From Ranitomeya imitator (lineage: Eukaryota), in the NCBI RefSeq assembly GCF_032444005.1, contig NC_091289.1, positions 92,132,001 through 92,196,000 of the forward strand: DNA of 64,000 bases, in the 5' to 3' direction. The translations under genes and the position numbers were made by a program. The notes beneath the pieces were generated by a model. The model worked only from the letters and a program-made list of their open reading frames with translations. It was not told the DNA's origin and did not search any database. This document shows positions 23,244-34,504 of the stretch, piece by piece (within the stretch, counting starts at the first letter, position 1; each line of letters begins with the position of its first letter).

Positions 23244-23249
23244 AATAAA
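23244..23249 (+). terminator. Candidate polyadenylation signal of rgs21
   Basis: First AATAAA about 90 nt after the stop codon; usage is not shown. Confidence 0.35.
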
Positions 23250-24712
23250 TGGATTTTACACATGAGCAGTTTTTCTGTTTGCATGGCATAATAGAATGTT
23301 TGAATAATTGCCTACAGGCACTACATTTTATCTCTCCTCCTTGCTGATATTGTGATATCTTTGCAGAAAACATTTAATAATTCTAAATATATTTAATTGT
23401 AAATACATATAATTACAAAAAATGAAGATGTCAGGTTTGTTTTTTAACATTTGACTTCAACACTAAAGAGAAACTGTGGCCAGATCAAAAGTGACTTTTT
23501 TCTCTTATTTTATCCCAGCCGAGTATGCTTCTTTTTATGTTTGTTTTTAATCCACCTTGACATTCAAGAGATATAGGCCTTTTTATCTAGTGCTAATTTT
23601 TATGGTTTTGTTACCAAGGGGGTGTCTCTCCTATTTTCTAGGAGCGTTTATTTAGACTGCTCCTCATTGTCACTCTGTGAGCAATGCCACCTTGGTAAAG
23701 ATCATAAAAATTGCCAGTAAAAAACAAAAGGTCTATATCTCTGCAAACATATGGCAGATTTAAAAAAACACACAGTATGTTCAAGAGGACTTTGGGTATA
23801 AAATACGATCAACATTTCTTACCTGGTGGCAGGTCCTCTTCAAATTATGGAATGTTTTAGTGCCAATATTAAAATGTTATTCTCAATTTGAGTGTTCAAC
23901 ACCTTACTCCTGCACAGCCTTTCACTTCTTTATTTCGCCTCCTTGAGTGATATTTTTGGTATTTTTTGCTTTCAGCTTATCTTATCCTGTTACTTTGTTA
24001 CTGCTTGTTTTGAAATCAAAACTGTTATGTCCTAACTAAGCGTTTAGTACTAGAGATGAGAGAATATTTCAATGTTGGGTTCGGATTACGATCGGCAATT
24101 TTGCAATATTCACTGATTTATTAATCGAATATTTGCCGGACATAGCCAAATGTCAATGGAGTAAATGGGAGGCAAAAACAAACATCTAAACACCTCCAAA
24201 TGGGCCCAAAAAATGCAAAATATATCAAACTTGGGGCAGACATTAGGAAAGTGGCCCAGAGTGCAAATTTTAGAATGGCACGACAGTAATCAGCCATGCA
24301 TGAGGTATCAGGGTCTGGGCCAGCATTTACAGCTTTGAGTTGAACTTCACATTAAGACAAAGTGGGTTAGACATTGGTGTAGGCCTGTTTGCTGGGAGCT
24401 CTGATACCACATGTAACAGCTCAACCTGCTTTGATGCTCAGCCACACTCAGGTGGCACAAATATCAGTTTCGTAGACTACTATTGACAGAACAAAGTAAG
24501 GATAGTAACACGGGTAGTTGACTCAAAGGTGGTGGAGGCCTGCCGGTCTTGGAGGTCTACTGCTAGAGGCAACACACATGAAGGAGACCCAACTATGAGT
24601 GTACACATTTCCAAAAATTAGTGGCATACACCACCGAAGTGGAATCAATTTCACTAGAGTAGAACTAGGACCTACACCTCTTCCACTACAGCCAACCCAG
24701 TAGATGGAAACT

Positions 24713-25390
24713 GTAACGGGCTTTGGTGGAACCATTGTGCTGTAGCCCTCGGACAGCCTGTAGGGGTGTAACTAGGTGACCTACCAAATCTAACCTAGGA
24801 TAAGTGGCAGCAGGTGACACCACAAGCCAAGGAGGGACAAGAGGGTGGCACCACGTGCTACACCAGGGCTGACCTACAATTGGTGGCAAATGACCCCCTA
24901 GAGCGAATAGGCTGGTACGGCCTGAAGATTGCAGGCAGGCACTGTAGGGACACTGGAACCACGGGTGCAGATTGGACCGGCTGAGGAACAGAAAAGCACT
25001 GGCAGGTGCGGACTGGCTGTTAGACAGATGAGTACTGGCAGGTGCGGGCTGGACTAGTGTTGAACAGATGGGCCCTAGCAGCAGGTGCAGGTTGGACCGG
25101 GTTTTAGACAGAGCACTGGCAGGTGCAAGCTGGACCAGCTGATTGACAGAAAAGCACAGACAAGTACAAGCAGACGGGTACAGGATAGACAAGCAGACTG
25201 GGGAGCCTGACAACTAGCAGGCATTCAAGGCAAAGTAACAGCATTGCTCAGGCACCTTCATATTGGTGGATTAGCCTTAAATGGAAGGCGTCACCCAGCT
25301 ATTGGCTGGGGACACCATAGGGCGATGCACGCGGTCACTTTAATAGGGAGTGTGCGTGCACCCTAAGCATAGTGCCCAGGCTTATAACTG
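24713..25390. mobile_element. Possible decayed solo LTR
   Basis: Starts TGTAACG; internal short repeats (ACTGGCAGGTGC...) like those of amphibian LTRs; end and TSD not resolved. Confidence 0.35.
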
Positions 25391-25429
25391 GACCTTGGGG
25401 AAAACCGACACATAGGGGGCGAGGTGAGG

Positions 25430-26330
25430 AGGTGGTATGTAAGTGGGAGACACTGAATGTTCTGTCAGGTACGAGGAGATCCAACAAAGGGCCAAGTCTA
25501 TAACGCCAAGAGATCAGATAGTGTGTAGTAAGAGGGAATGGTCCACTATGTCAAAGGCAGATGCTAGGTCCAGGAGGAGGACAAACTAACGTCGCTTGGA
25601 TTTCATGTTAGTAGGTCATTGTTGACTTTAGTCAGGGCAGATTCAGTGGAATGGTGTGGTCAGAAGCCACATTGTAAGTGCTCATAGAGGGAGCGAGAGG
25701 AAAGGAGGGAGGACAGTTCAAAATGGATGTGTTGTTCCAGTAGTTTACAGGCAAAGGGAAGAATTGAGATGGAGCGATATCTAGACACAGAGGATGGGTC
25801 AGGGGAGGGCTTTTTGAGGATGGGTGTGATCGAGGTATGATTGAATCATGAGGGGAAGATAGCAGTTGTTAGTGAAAGGTTGGAGAGGTGGCTTAGGCTT
25901 GTGATAAAAACTGTAGTAAGATTTGGAATGAGGTGGGACGTTATTGGATCGAGTTCACAGATGGAGAGTAAAAAGGAAAGTTGATATTCAATAATTGTGA
26001 AGTTGGTTTTGGAGGAGAGTTGAGTACTTATGAGGGGATGTGGGGACTTTAAGCAAAAGCTTTGCCTAACATTGTCAATCTTCTGCTTTAAGAATGAAGT
26101 CTTCAGCTGAGATGATAGGAGAGGGAGGGAGGGCAGGTAAATGGAGTAGAGAATTGAAAGTACTGAATAGCTGTATAGGGTTGTGACAGGTATGATATGA
26201 GAAATGAGAAGTAGGTTTGTTTTGCTGCAGTGAGCAATTGCACAGCATTTTTGCAACTTCTGTTACTGGACGAGCTGCTCCAAATCCCTTTCTTTGGCAA
26301 TCACATAGCGGTACGCCTTATAGATGAGGG
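25430..26330 (-). mobile_element. L2 LINE ORF2 fragment (linker plus start of RT), degenerate
   Basis: Minus-strand pieces KQKIDNVRQS, CELDPITSHLI...NLSLTTAIFPS, PILKKPSLDP...YRSISILPFACKLLEQHI. Confidence 0.75.
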
Positions 26331-27009
26331 CCAGAAAGAACATGTGCTCCAGTAGATGTCAAGTGCTGCATCACGTGGCCTCTGCTCCTCTTCTTCCACC
26401 TTAACATCACACAGTACAGTCCTCAGAGGTGACACCCCAATTACCCTGGTTTTCCCCTACATCACAACTCTAAAACCACCCAACTGACTTTAGGGAACCA
26501 CAGATGGCTGAGTCTGCAGATCTGTTCACACATTCTATGCAATAGGCATCAGAAGTGTATTCCAAAGATTCAGAGTCAAGAGGAGGATATCATCTGCACC
26601 GATGCCCAAATTTTTTTTCATTTTTATCTAGGGCAGGACAAAGTAGGGTTCGAGCAGAATCCAAACACTCGTCAACAGACGTTAACCCCAGGGGCTGGAG
26701 TTGATCCAGATGAGACTCAGAGGCACATGTGGACTGTACTGTGCTGTAAGGGCAGGAAGGAGGAGCGTGACTCTCAGGGAGAGGAATGGGAGAACAGAGA
26801 GGATGACTATGAGGTAGTAGATCCAACTTGATGTAAACCTAGAGGCATGCAACTGACTAGCTCAGCAGAGGAGGAAGAGCAAGTTACATTGTAGCTTCCC
26901 GCACACAGTTATGCAACCACAAGCACTGCATTCTCAGCCCCAAATATTTCCGTGGCCAGCAGCATTCGCAGATCTGCAGTTGCCTAGCCTGGGTCCTTTT
27001 TTCAGACCG

Positions 27010-27630
27010 AGAAATGAGACGCTTAGCACATAATTTGGCCAATTCATGCAAGCCCATCAACCAACGTCAAGGTGTTCTCAAAACTAATGGGTCCCTACAT
27101 ATCTAATGTAAATATTTCTCTAAGGCTGAAGTCTGAATTCCTGGGTGAATGTGGATACCTCGGTCAGTAAAGCCTGTATTTATGGGTAGGTAGGATCCTG
27201 CTGTGATTAAAACCAACATATGTTGACGGGTGGAGTGCTCGGTCAGAGAGCTAAGATGGAAATAACAAAAAACTGACTGGCACATCCATGCTAGTGTGAA
27301 TAGGTTCATACTAGGAGCAGCCACCTCCATATAAAATATACAAAAAAAAGTTGCCAATGTGAAATATCTGAAATATGAATAGCAATACTGCTTGAGAATA
27401 CTAGGAAAAAATGAGACGCTTAGCACATAATTTGGCCAATTCATGCAAGCCCATCAACCAACGTCAAGGTGGTCTCAAAACTGATGGATCAGTACAATAC
27501 CTCTCTCAGGCTGAAGTCTGAATTCCTGGGTGAATGTGGATACCTCTGTCAGTAAAGCTTGTATTTATGGGTAGGTAGGAACCTGCTGTAATTAAAACCA
27601 CCACATGTTGAAGGAAGGAGTGCTTACTTA
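27010..27630. repeat. Partial tandem repeat of a ~397-bp unit (about 1.6 copies)
   Basis: AAATGAGACGCTTAGCACATAATTTGGCC... at 27012 and 27409; GGCTGAAGTCTGAATTCCTGGGTG in both copies. Confidence 0.8.
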
Positions 27631-27746
27631 CAATAATGGTAGTGTCATTTTGAGGAAATGGGTGGTAGATAAAGGCTGTATGAGGCTTTTGGGTACAGTT
27701 GAGCTTGATAGCAAATTATGTTCAGAGAAGTAGATAATAGGCTATA

Positions 27747-28150
27747 CCGTATTTTAATTTTATGGATTATAAAACGCACGGGATTATAAGGCGCACCCCA
27801 AAGTTTGAGAAAAATAGGAAAAAAAAAACGTTTTTTTCTAATAAAATGGTGGTGCTTCTTATAAATCCATCCATCTTATTGCTTACTGGGGAGTGGTGGC
27901 TGCGGTGAAGTGGGGTCCCGGGGGTCGCTGCTGGAGGAGGCAAGAGTGGAGCGTTACTGCGGTGTGGGATGAGGGCGTCTTCGGATGTTCGCCGCTGTGG
28001 GTGTTCAGGGGTGACATTTTGTGAAAGCCCAGAGCCCCTGCACTTATATGGTTTACTATGCGATGGAAAAATGGCTGCCAGAGGTGGCGCATGCACAGAT
28101 GGAGATCTCGCACCAAGATCTTGAAAGATGAGATCTCAGCGCTGACATAT
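27747..28150. mobile_element. Truncated pogo/Tigger-like MITE (family of 60557-61376)
   Basis: Left end TACCGTATTTT...TATAAAACGCAC; shares GAAAATGGC...GCGCATG..CAGAT..AGATCTC internal sequence with the 60.8-kb copy. Confidence 0.6.
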
Positions 28151-30079
28151 CAGTGGGTTCGTTGGGGCTTGACAGATATGGAGAATCCAATCTTGGGTCG
28201 GCTAAGTAGTTCTGTAGAGCCAGTCTCAATAGCTCAGTATCTGGGACAACTAGAGAATGATGAGACAGGTATGTGTGCGGAGAACTCCAAGGATTCTGGT
28301 GGTATATTGGACTTAACCCTGAGATGCACGGTACTCTCATAATTCATCTCTGTGTCGGTGCGTCTCTATCTAGGCCTTCCATTGATAGCTGGCCACCCTG
28401 CACAAAAGACAGCAGGGGGTCCCAACTATTTTCCTCCTCCCATTAACACGTGGCTTCTAATTCTCTGGCCATACGCCAAGGTCCTGTTCTTTTGAGGAAT
28501 TATTTATTTATCCCATGGGTGGGAGCCACAGTTCAGGAGCAGAGGGAGAGGAAGAAACCTGGATAACATATTGGCCCTGAAACTAATAAATCAAAATGGT
28601 GTCTCCCTCGTCCCCCTCACAGAGCTCCAAACCGAGAAAGATTGGCAAGTCATCTTGTGTTTCCTCCATTTTCTAATAATTGCGCCAACAGTTGTTTTCT
28701 CACCAAGCTGCTTGCCTATTATCCTGTAGCTCATCCCAGCCTTGTGCAGGTCTACAATTTTGTCGCTGGTGTCCTTTGATAGCTCTTTGGTCTTGGCGAT
28801 GGTGGAGAATTTGAAGTGTGATTGATTCAGTGTGTGGACAGGTGATTTTTATACAGGCAACGAGTTCAAACAGGTGCAATTCATACAGGTAATGAGTGCA
28901 GAGTAGGAGGGCTTCTTAAAGAAAAACTAATATGTTTGTGAGAGCCAAAATTCTTGCTGTTTGTAGGTGATCAAATACTTAATTCATGCAATAAAATGCA
29001 ATTTAATTATTTAAAAATCATACAATTGTGATTTGAGGTGAAAATAAGTATTTGGTATACTGATGATTTTCCAAGTTTTCCCACCAACAAGCAATGGAGA
29101 GGTCTGTAATTTCTATCGTAGGTACACTTATACTAAGTTTGAAATACATCTACTCATGATATTAAATTGAAAGGGAAGTTCCAGAATTTTAAGATGGAAA
29201 TTAAATGACCATAGGCTTTCATTGAATTATAGGTGCACAAATAGGGAATGGTGCTCATGGTATCAAATAAAATAAGATAAAAAAAACAACAACATAGAAG
29301 TTCAGTTTATACTCATACATTTTAATTAAACAACCCAGCTTTCACTGTATTGAAGGAAGATATAACATCAATGACAAAGTCCTTTAAAAAGCACATGACA
29401 AATGTTGATTGTTCTCCCACTTTGACTATAGATCTAATTTTCAATTCTAATATTTAAGATCGGGAGCAATTATCGCAAATATGCATCAGCAGGGGGAATT
29501 TAAACAATGTATATACAAAACGAAAATTTAGCAATCTTTATATATTACACTAAATTTCTTGGCAGCTATTTTGTCTTATTTTCCATATTCTATTTCTTTT
29601 CCACTATATTGGGCACGAAAGATTTGTTATTTTGCCTCTTGTAATCTTCTGGTTTGCTTTCCTTTGGCCTAAAACCAAAAACAGTGTTAATAATATGTTG
29701 GAACTAGATTGATGAAATTATTATTATTTTTTTTAATCACTGGACTAAAGTAAACCAACATGAAAACATTGTGGTTATAGTAATATTTTTAAAAATTTAA
29801 CCAAACATTAACCCTTCCTTGCCATCAATTTACTGTGTTGGACACTTGCTGTACATTTATGAAGTCGTCAGTGCCCGCACCATTTGTAGTGACAGGTATA
29901 ATTAACTGGCAAAAACACTGATAAATCCAATCCCAGACGTTTACCAACTTAGACACTGTAGTCTGCATTGGTAGGAGCATCCAAGTGGTTTATGGAAAGA
30001 GAATCCCTCTCTAGCTCCATCAGGTCGAATGGATATTGATGACAGATCATTATTACATTTACATGATGTAAAAGAATAT

Positions 30080-30970
30080 GTAATAAAAAAATATTTATTT
30101 CTATAGCACCAACATATTCCGAGGTAGTTTACATTTTAGAGGGGACTTGTACAGACAATAAAAGACATTACAGAATAACAATGATCACATAAATCACCAG
30201 ATACCAAGGAGAGGGCCCTGCTCGCAAGCTTACAATCTATGAGAAAATAGGGGAGACTCGAAAGGTGGAACGTAGCAATTGCTTTTATTGTATGGTCATA
30301 GGGGAGACTCGAAAGGTGGAAGGTAGCAATTGCTTTTTTTGTATGGTCATAGGGGAGACTCGAAAGGTGGAAGGTAGCAATTGCTTTTATTGTATGGTCA
30401 ACCATCAATGTTAAAATGTTCGCGTTATGCTAAATGAACCAGTCACCAACAATATGTGTACAAGTACAGACACAGAGGGCTGTTAAGTGCATGAGGATGT
30501 TGGAACAGATTATACAAGTCTCCTGATTTGGAAGCAAATTTTGTATGGGAAAAACTGGGATAGTTAGGCAAGTGTGGTGAGGCAATAGGCCAATCTAAAG
30601 AAATGCGTATTAGGACATGCTTAAAACTGTGGGTATTGTGGATTAATCAAAGTGATCTGGGTAATGCGTTCCAAAATATTGGCACAGCATGCAAGAAGTC
30701 TTGGAGGCGGGAATGGGTGGTTCGGAATATTGAGGATTTTAATCTTAGGTCATTAGCAGAAAGGAGGGTATGGGTAGTGTGGTAGACAGACAAGGGAGGA
30801 GAAGTAGGGGGGTGCTGAAACATCGAACACTTTGTGGGTGAGTGATCAGTTTATATTGAACTCTATAGCAGAAGGGTAATCAGTGCAACGACTGACAAAC
30901 AGGAAGAGGTGACAGTGTAGCAGTTGGCAAGGAATATGATCCTGGCTGCTGCATTCAGGACTGATTAGAG
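30080..30970 (-). mobile_element. 3' end of an L2 LINE with three internal 51-bp repeats
   Basis: Reverse-complement tail TAATAAAAAAATATTTATTTCTATAGCACCAACATATTCC; 51-bp unit at 30250, 30301 and 30352. Confidence 0.75.
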
Positions 30971-31327
30971 AGGGGATATTCATTGTTTTTATTGCTTCAT
31001 GGTGTAATTATGATGCCAACATGTCTATTGTAGGATGTTTTCATGTATCATTAGGTGCTATAGTTTCAAATGCAGATAAAACTATGATTTCTCTAAAAAA
31101 AAACAAACAAACAAACAAAAAAATAATTAGACTTACCGGTAATTCGGTTTCTAGGAACATGCCACGACGGCATACAGAGGTTGCCTCTTTGCCCTGATGG
31201 GGAACAGGAAATATGGAGAGGTTAAAAGGCCCTCCCACTTGCCAGTGATTTATAACTGAAAACCATAGCACCGGTTTACCTTTGAATCCCAGATTTTTAT
31301 CCAGGAATATAGGGAGGGAATTAGCGC

Positions 31328-31404
31328 TGTCGTGGAAGGTTCCTAGAAACTGAATTACTGGTAAGTCTAATTCTATTTTCTCTAGTCGCCTTCCACGACG
31401 GCAT
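31328..31404. other. Internal complementary region (ICR) of DIRS-A
   Basis: GTCGTGGAAGGTTCCTAGAAACTGAATTACTGGTAAGTCTAATT is complementary to the left terminus; TTTTCTCTAGTCGCCTTCCACGACGGCAT is complementary to the right terminus. Confidence 0.9.
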
Positions 31405-31429
31405 TCGGAGGAATACCAACTAATTTGGC

Positions 31430-32600
31430 GCTAGGGTGGGAAAACGGCCTGGAGAACTTTCTGGCCGAAGATTAAATCTTTATTGGGCAATATGTCCAAT
31501 CTAAATCTTTGGTGGTGCCCGCTCAACTCTTTTCATTGCAATATGTCCAATCTATAATGTTTGGAGAAAGTATGTAATGAAGACCACGTTGCTGCCCTGC
31601 ATATCTGGTCTGAGGATGCACCTGTTCATTCTGCCCAGTAGACTGAAGTGGATCTGGTTGAGTGGGCCTTGATCCCTACTGAGGGAGATTTATTTTGAGC
31701 AAGATATGCTTCTGCTATAGCTCTTTTAATCCAGTTAGATATAGTGCTCTTCGACACTTTTTTCCCTTTATTATGTCAAGAGAGATGGACAAATAGATTT
31801 TGATCGATTGTGCAAGAGCTGGTTTGCTCTAAGTAATATAGCACAATACGTCTGACATCAAGAGTATGGAATCTCTTTTCTGTTGAATTTGCTGGATTCT
31901 GGCAGAAGGAAGGTAGGACAATTTCCTGGGAAAGGTGGAAATCAGAGACTACTTTTGGGAGAAAGGAAGGGTCAAGATGAAGTACTATTGAGTCATCTCT
32001 GATAAGGTTCTCTTTTTGATAGGGCTTGTAGCTCTCTCCTACTCTTCTTGCCGTGGTTATAGCTACTAAAAAGATTGTTTTGTAAATAAGGTTTTGAGGA
32101 GAACAAGAGGATAAAGGCTCAAATAGTGGACCTGTGAGCCCCTGTAGTACTAAGTTAAGGTCCCATAAGGGAACCATCAACTGTGTTCTAGGGTTCATTC
32201 TGAGGGCTGACATCATGAACCTTTTAATCCAGCGATGACCTGCCAGATCCCGATCAAAAAATAGAGCTGAGGGCGGAGACCTGGACTTTTAAGGTGCTAG
32301 GCCTGAGCCCTATCTCTAAGCCCTTTTGTAGAAAATCTAGGATTTGTGACACATTTGGGTTAAGGGGATCTGGTAGATTACGGAGGCAGAAAGATGAAAA
32401 CCTTTTCCAGACCTTATTGTAGATAGCGTTGATTATTGGTTTTCTGGATTTCTGAAGCATAGCAACTACTGGGTCTGGTAGTCCTTTGCCTCTAAGCACC
32501 TGGGCTTCAGTAACCATGCCGCTAGATTCCACTTCTGGGGATCCAGATGATGAATGGGTCCTTGTAAGAGAGGGTTGTTTTCTACCGGTAACTGAACCAG
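31430..32600 (-). pseudogene. DIRS-A tyrosine recombinase, frameshifted
   Basis: AIYNKVWKRF...GLRPSTLKVQVSALS; WDLNLVLQGL...FLVAITTARRVGE; IKAHSTRS...CRAATWSSLHTFSKHYRLD (catalytic R, HxxR, Y). Confidence 0.9.
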
Positions 32601-32687
32601 GCCGTCTACCTGTAGATCGATAATCAGGTTGAACCAACTCCTTTTTGGCCACAACGGGGCTACTAATATAGTTGGGGATCGTTTTTC

Positions 32688-33092
32688 TCAGATTTTTCGT
32701 AAAACTTTCGCCAAGTTTAGAATTGGTGGGAACGCATAGGCCAGGTGAAAATCCCACTTTTGGGCTAGAGCACCTACTCCTCTGGAGTTGTCCCTGGGGT
32801 TTAGGGAGAAGGCGGCTTCGACCTGCGTGTTTTGACGAGATGCAAAAAGGTCGATTTCTGGTAGACCCCACCTGTCTACCAGCATCTTGAAGTTTCGAAT
32901 GTTCAGGCTCCATTCCCCCGGCTGTAAATCTTGGCGACTCAGTCTGCCTGGGTGTTGAAAGAGCCTTTCAAATGAACTGCTGTCAGTGACAGTAGATGTT
33001 TCTCTGCCCAGGAGCATATTCGGGTGGAGACACTCTTTAAAAATTGTTGAACTTTGTACAACCCTGATGTCCGATATGGCAACTGCAGTCAT
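32688..33092 (-). pseudogene. DIRS-A DNA adenine methyltransferase-like (MT) domain
   Basis: WGLPEIDLFASRQN...ALAQKWDFHLAYAFPP..LAKVLRKI; an MT domain after RNaseH is established for DIRS1 elements. Confidence 0.75.
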
Positions 33093-34359
33093 ATTGTTCG
33101 AATATATTCGGACATGTTGTCCCGTGATAAGATGACTTGCTGCTGAGAAGGGTTTCCTCTACAGCTTTTAATTCTTTGAAGTTGGATGACTTCCTGCTCG
33201 TTGACTGCTCCCAAAGTCCTTGGAACGGGATGTCATTTATCATGGCTTCCCAGCCCCTCTTGCTGGCATCTGATGTAACTGTAGTCAGCGGGACTTGAGT
33301 CCAGCTGACACCTTTGTGAAGATTTTTTAGGTTTATCCACCAGGCCAGGGAGGCTCTGACTCGACCCGGCGTGTGTAGCCTTCTGTTCAAAGAGCTGGGA
33401 TGGCCATTCCAGTTCCCTAAAATATGAGCCTGAAGGATTCTGGAGTGGGCCTGAGCCCAGGGTACTGATTGAATGCAGGCTGTCATGGAACCCAAAAGTG
33501 ACATGCCTTCCCTGAGCGTAGGAGACCTCATGTCTCTGAATCTCTTGACCTTTGTTATTAAGATTTGACGGTGGTCCTCTGGGAGAAAAGGCATTTGTTT
33601 TGCAGAGTCTAGGAGAACCCCCATGAATTTCCTGGATTTGGAGGGCCGGAGCTGGGATTTTTTCATATTCGGGACCCACCCTAGGGATGTTAAAATATCG
33701 AGAGTCTTTGATATGTAAGATTCTAGGACCATCTTGGTGGAGGCCACTATCAGCAAGTCGTCTAGGTAAGGTACTATATAGGTGCCTTGGTTCCGGATAA
33801 AGGACACTACTTCCGCCATTATCTTGGAGAAGACTCTTGGCGCTGAGGAGATTCCAAATGGAAGGACGTTGAACTGATAGTGCTCTATCAGCTGTTCTCC
33901 CTGCACTGCAAACTTTAGATATTTTCTGTGTCTCGGGTGAATTGGAGTATGGAAGTATGCGTCCTTTAAGTCGATGGTCGACATGAATGATTGAAGGCCT
34001 ATCAAAGGAATGGCTGATTTTACCGATTCCATTTTGAATATGCGGTATCTTACATGTTGATTGAGTCCCTTCAAATTTATAATGATACGGGCCTCGCCTG
34101 AAGGCTTGGGTACCAGAAATAGTCGTGAGTAATGTCCCAGATTCCTTTCCGATTCTGGAACTTGAGAGATCACATTTGATCTTGTCAGGTCTCTGAGGCC
34201 TACTAGCAACACTGATTGGTCTCTTGGGGAGGTGACCTTCAGACCCCGTGGAGTGGAGGAAATGAACTCTATTAACAGGCCCTCTTTGATGACATTGAGG
34301 ACCCAGTGGCAATTGGTGATATTTTGCCACTGAGGTACGAATTTTGAGTCTCCCCCCAC
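33037..34359 (-). pseudogene. DIRS-A reverse transcriptase and RNase H
   Basis: YSRLFLVPKP, IDLKDAYFH, YQFNVLPFGISSAPRVFSK, YLDDLL, VTSDASKRGW; reading ends by frameshift within RNase H. Confidence 0.92.
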
Positions 34360-34504
34360 TGGGTCGAAATCACCGCTTCACATGTTGGGACTGCTGTTGT
34401 TGGGGGATAAGAATATTCTTTCCGCCACCTTTTGGATAGCTCCACCTCCCGATTTTCCCTTTTCCCCACTGAGAGGCTTGAGGGACGAAAAATCCTTTTT
34501 TTAA

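Noticed and set aside
31487-31554. 17-bp duplication (GCAATATGTCCAATCTA) around a ~34-bp insert at the end of the YR gene
   Set aside because: A small local repair or slippage event in a dead element, with no evidence of wider meaning
33233-34330. 365-aa ORF overlapping the DIRS RT in another frame
   Set aside because: Overlapping frames are common in DIRS elements, but this one shows no motif I can recognise, so it is not called as a gene
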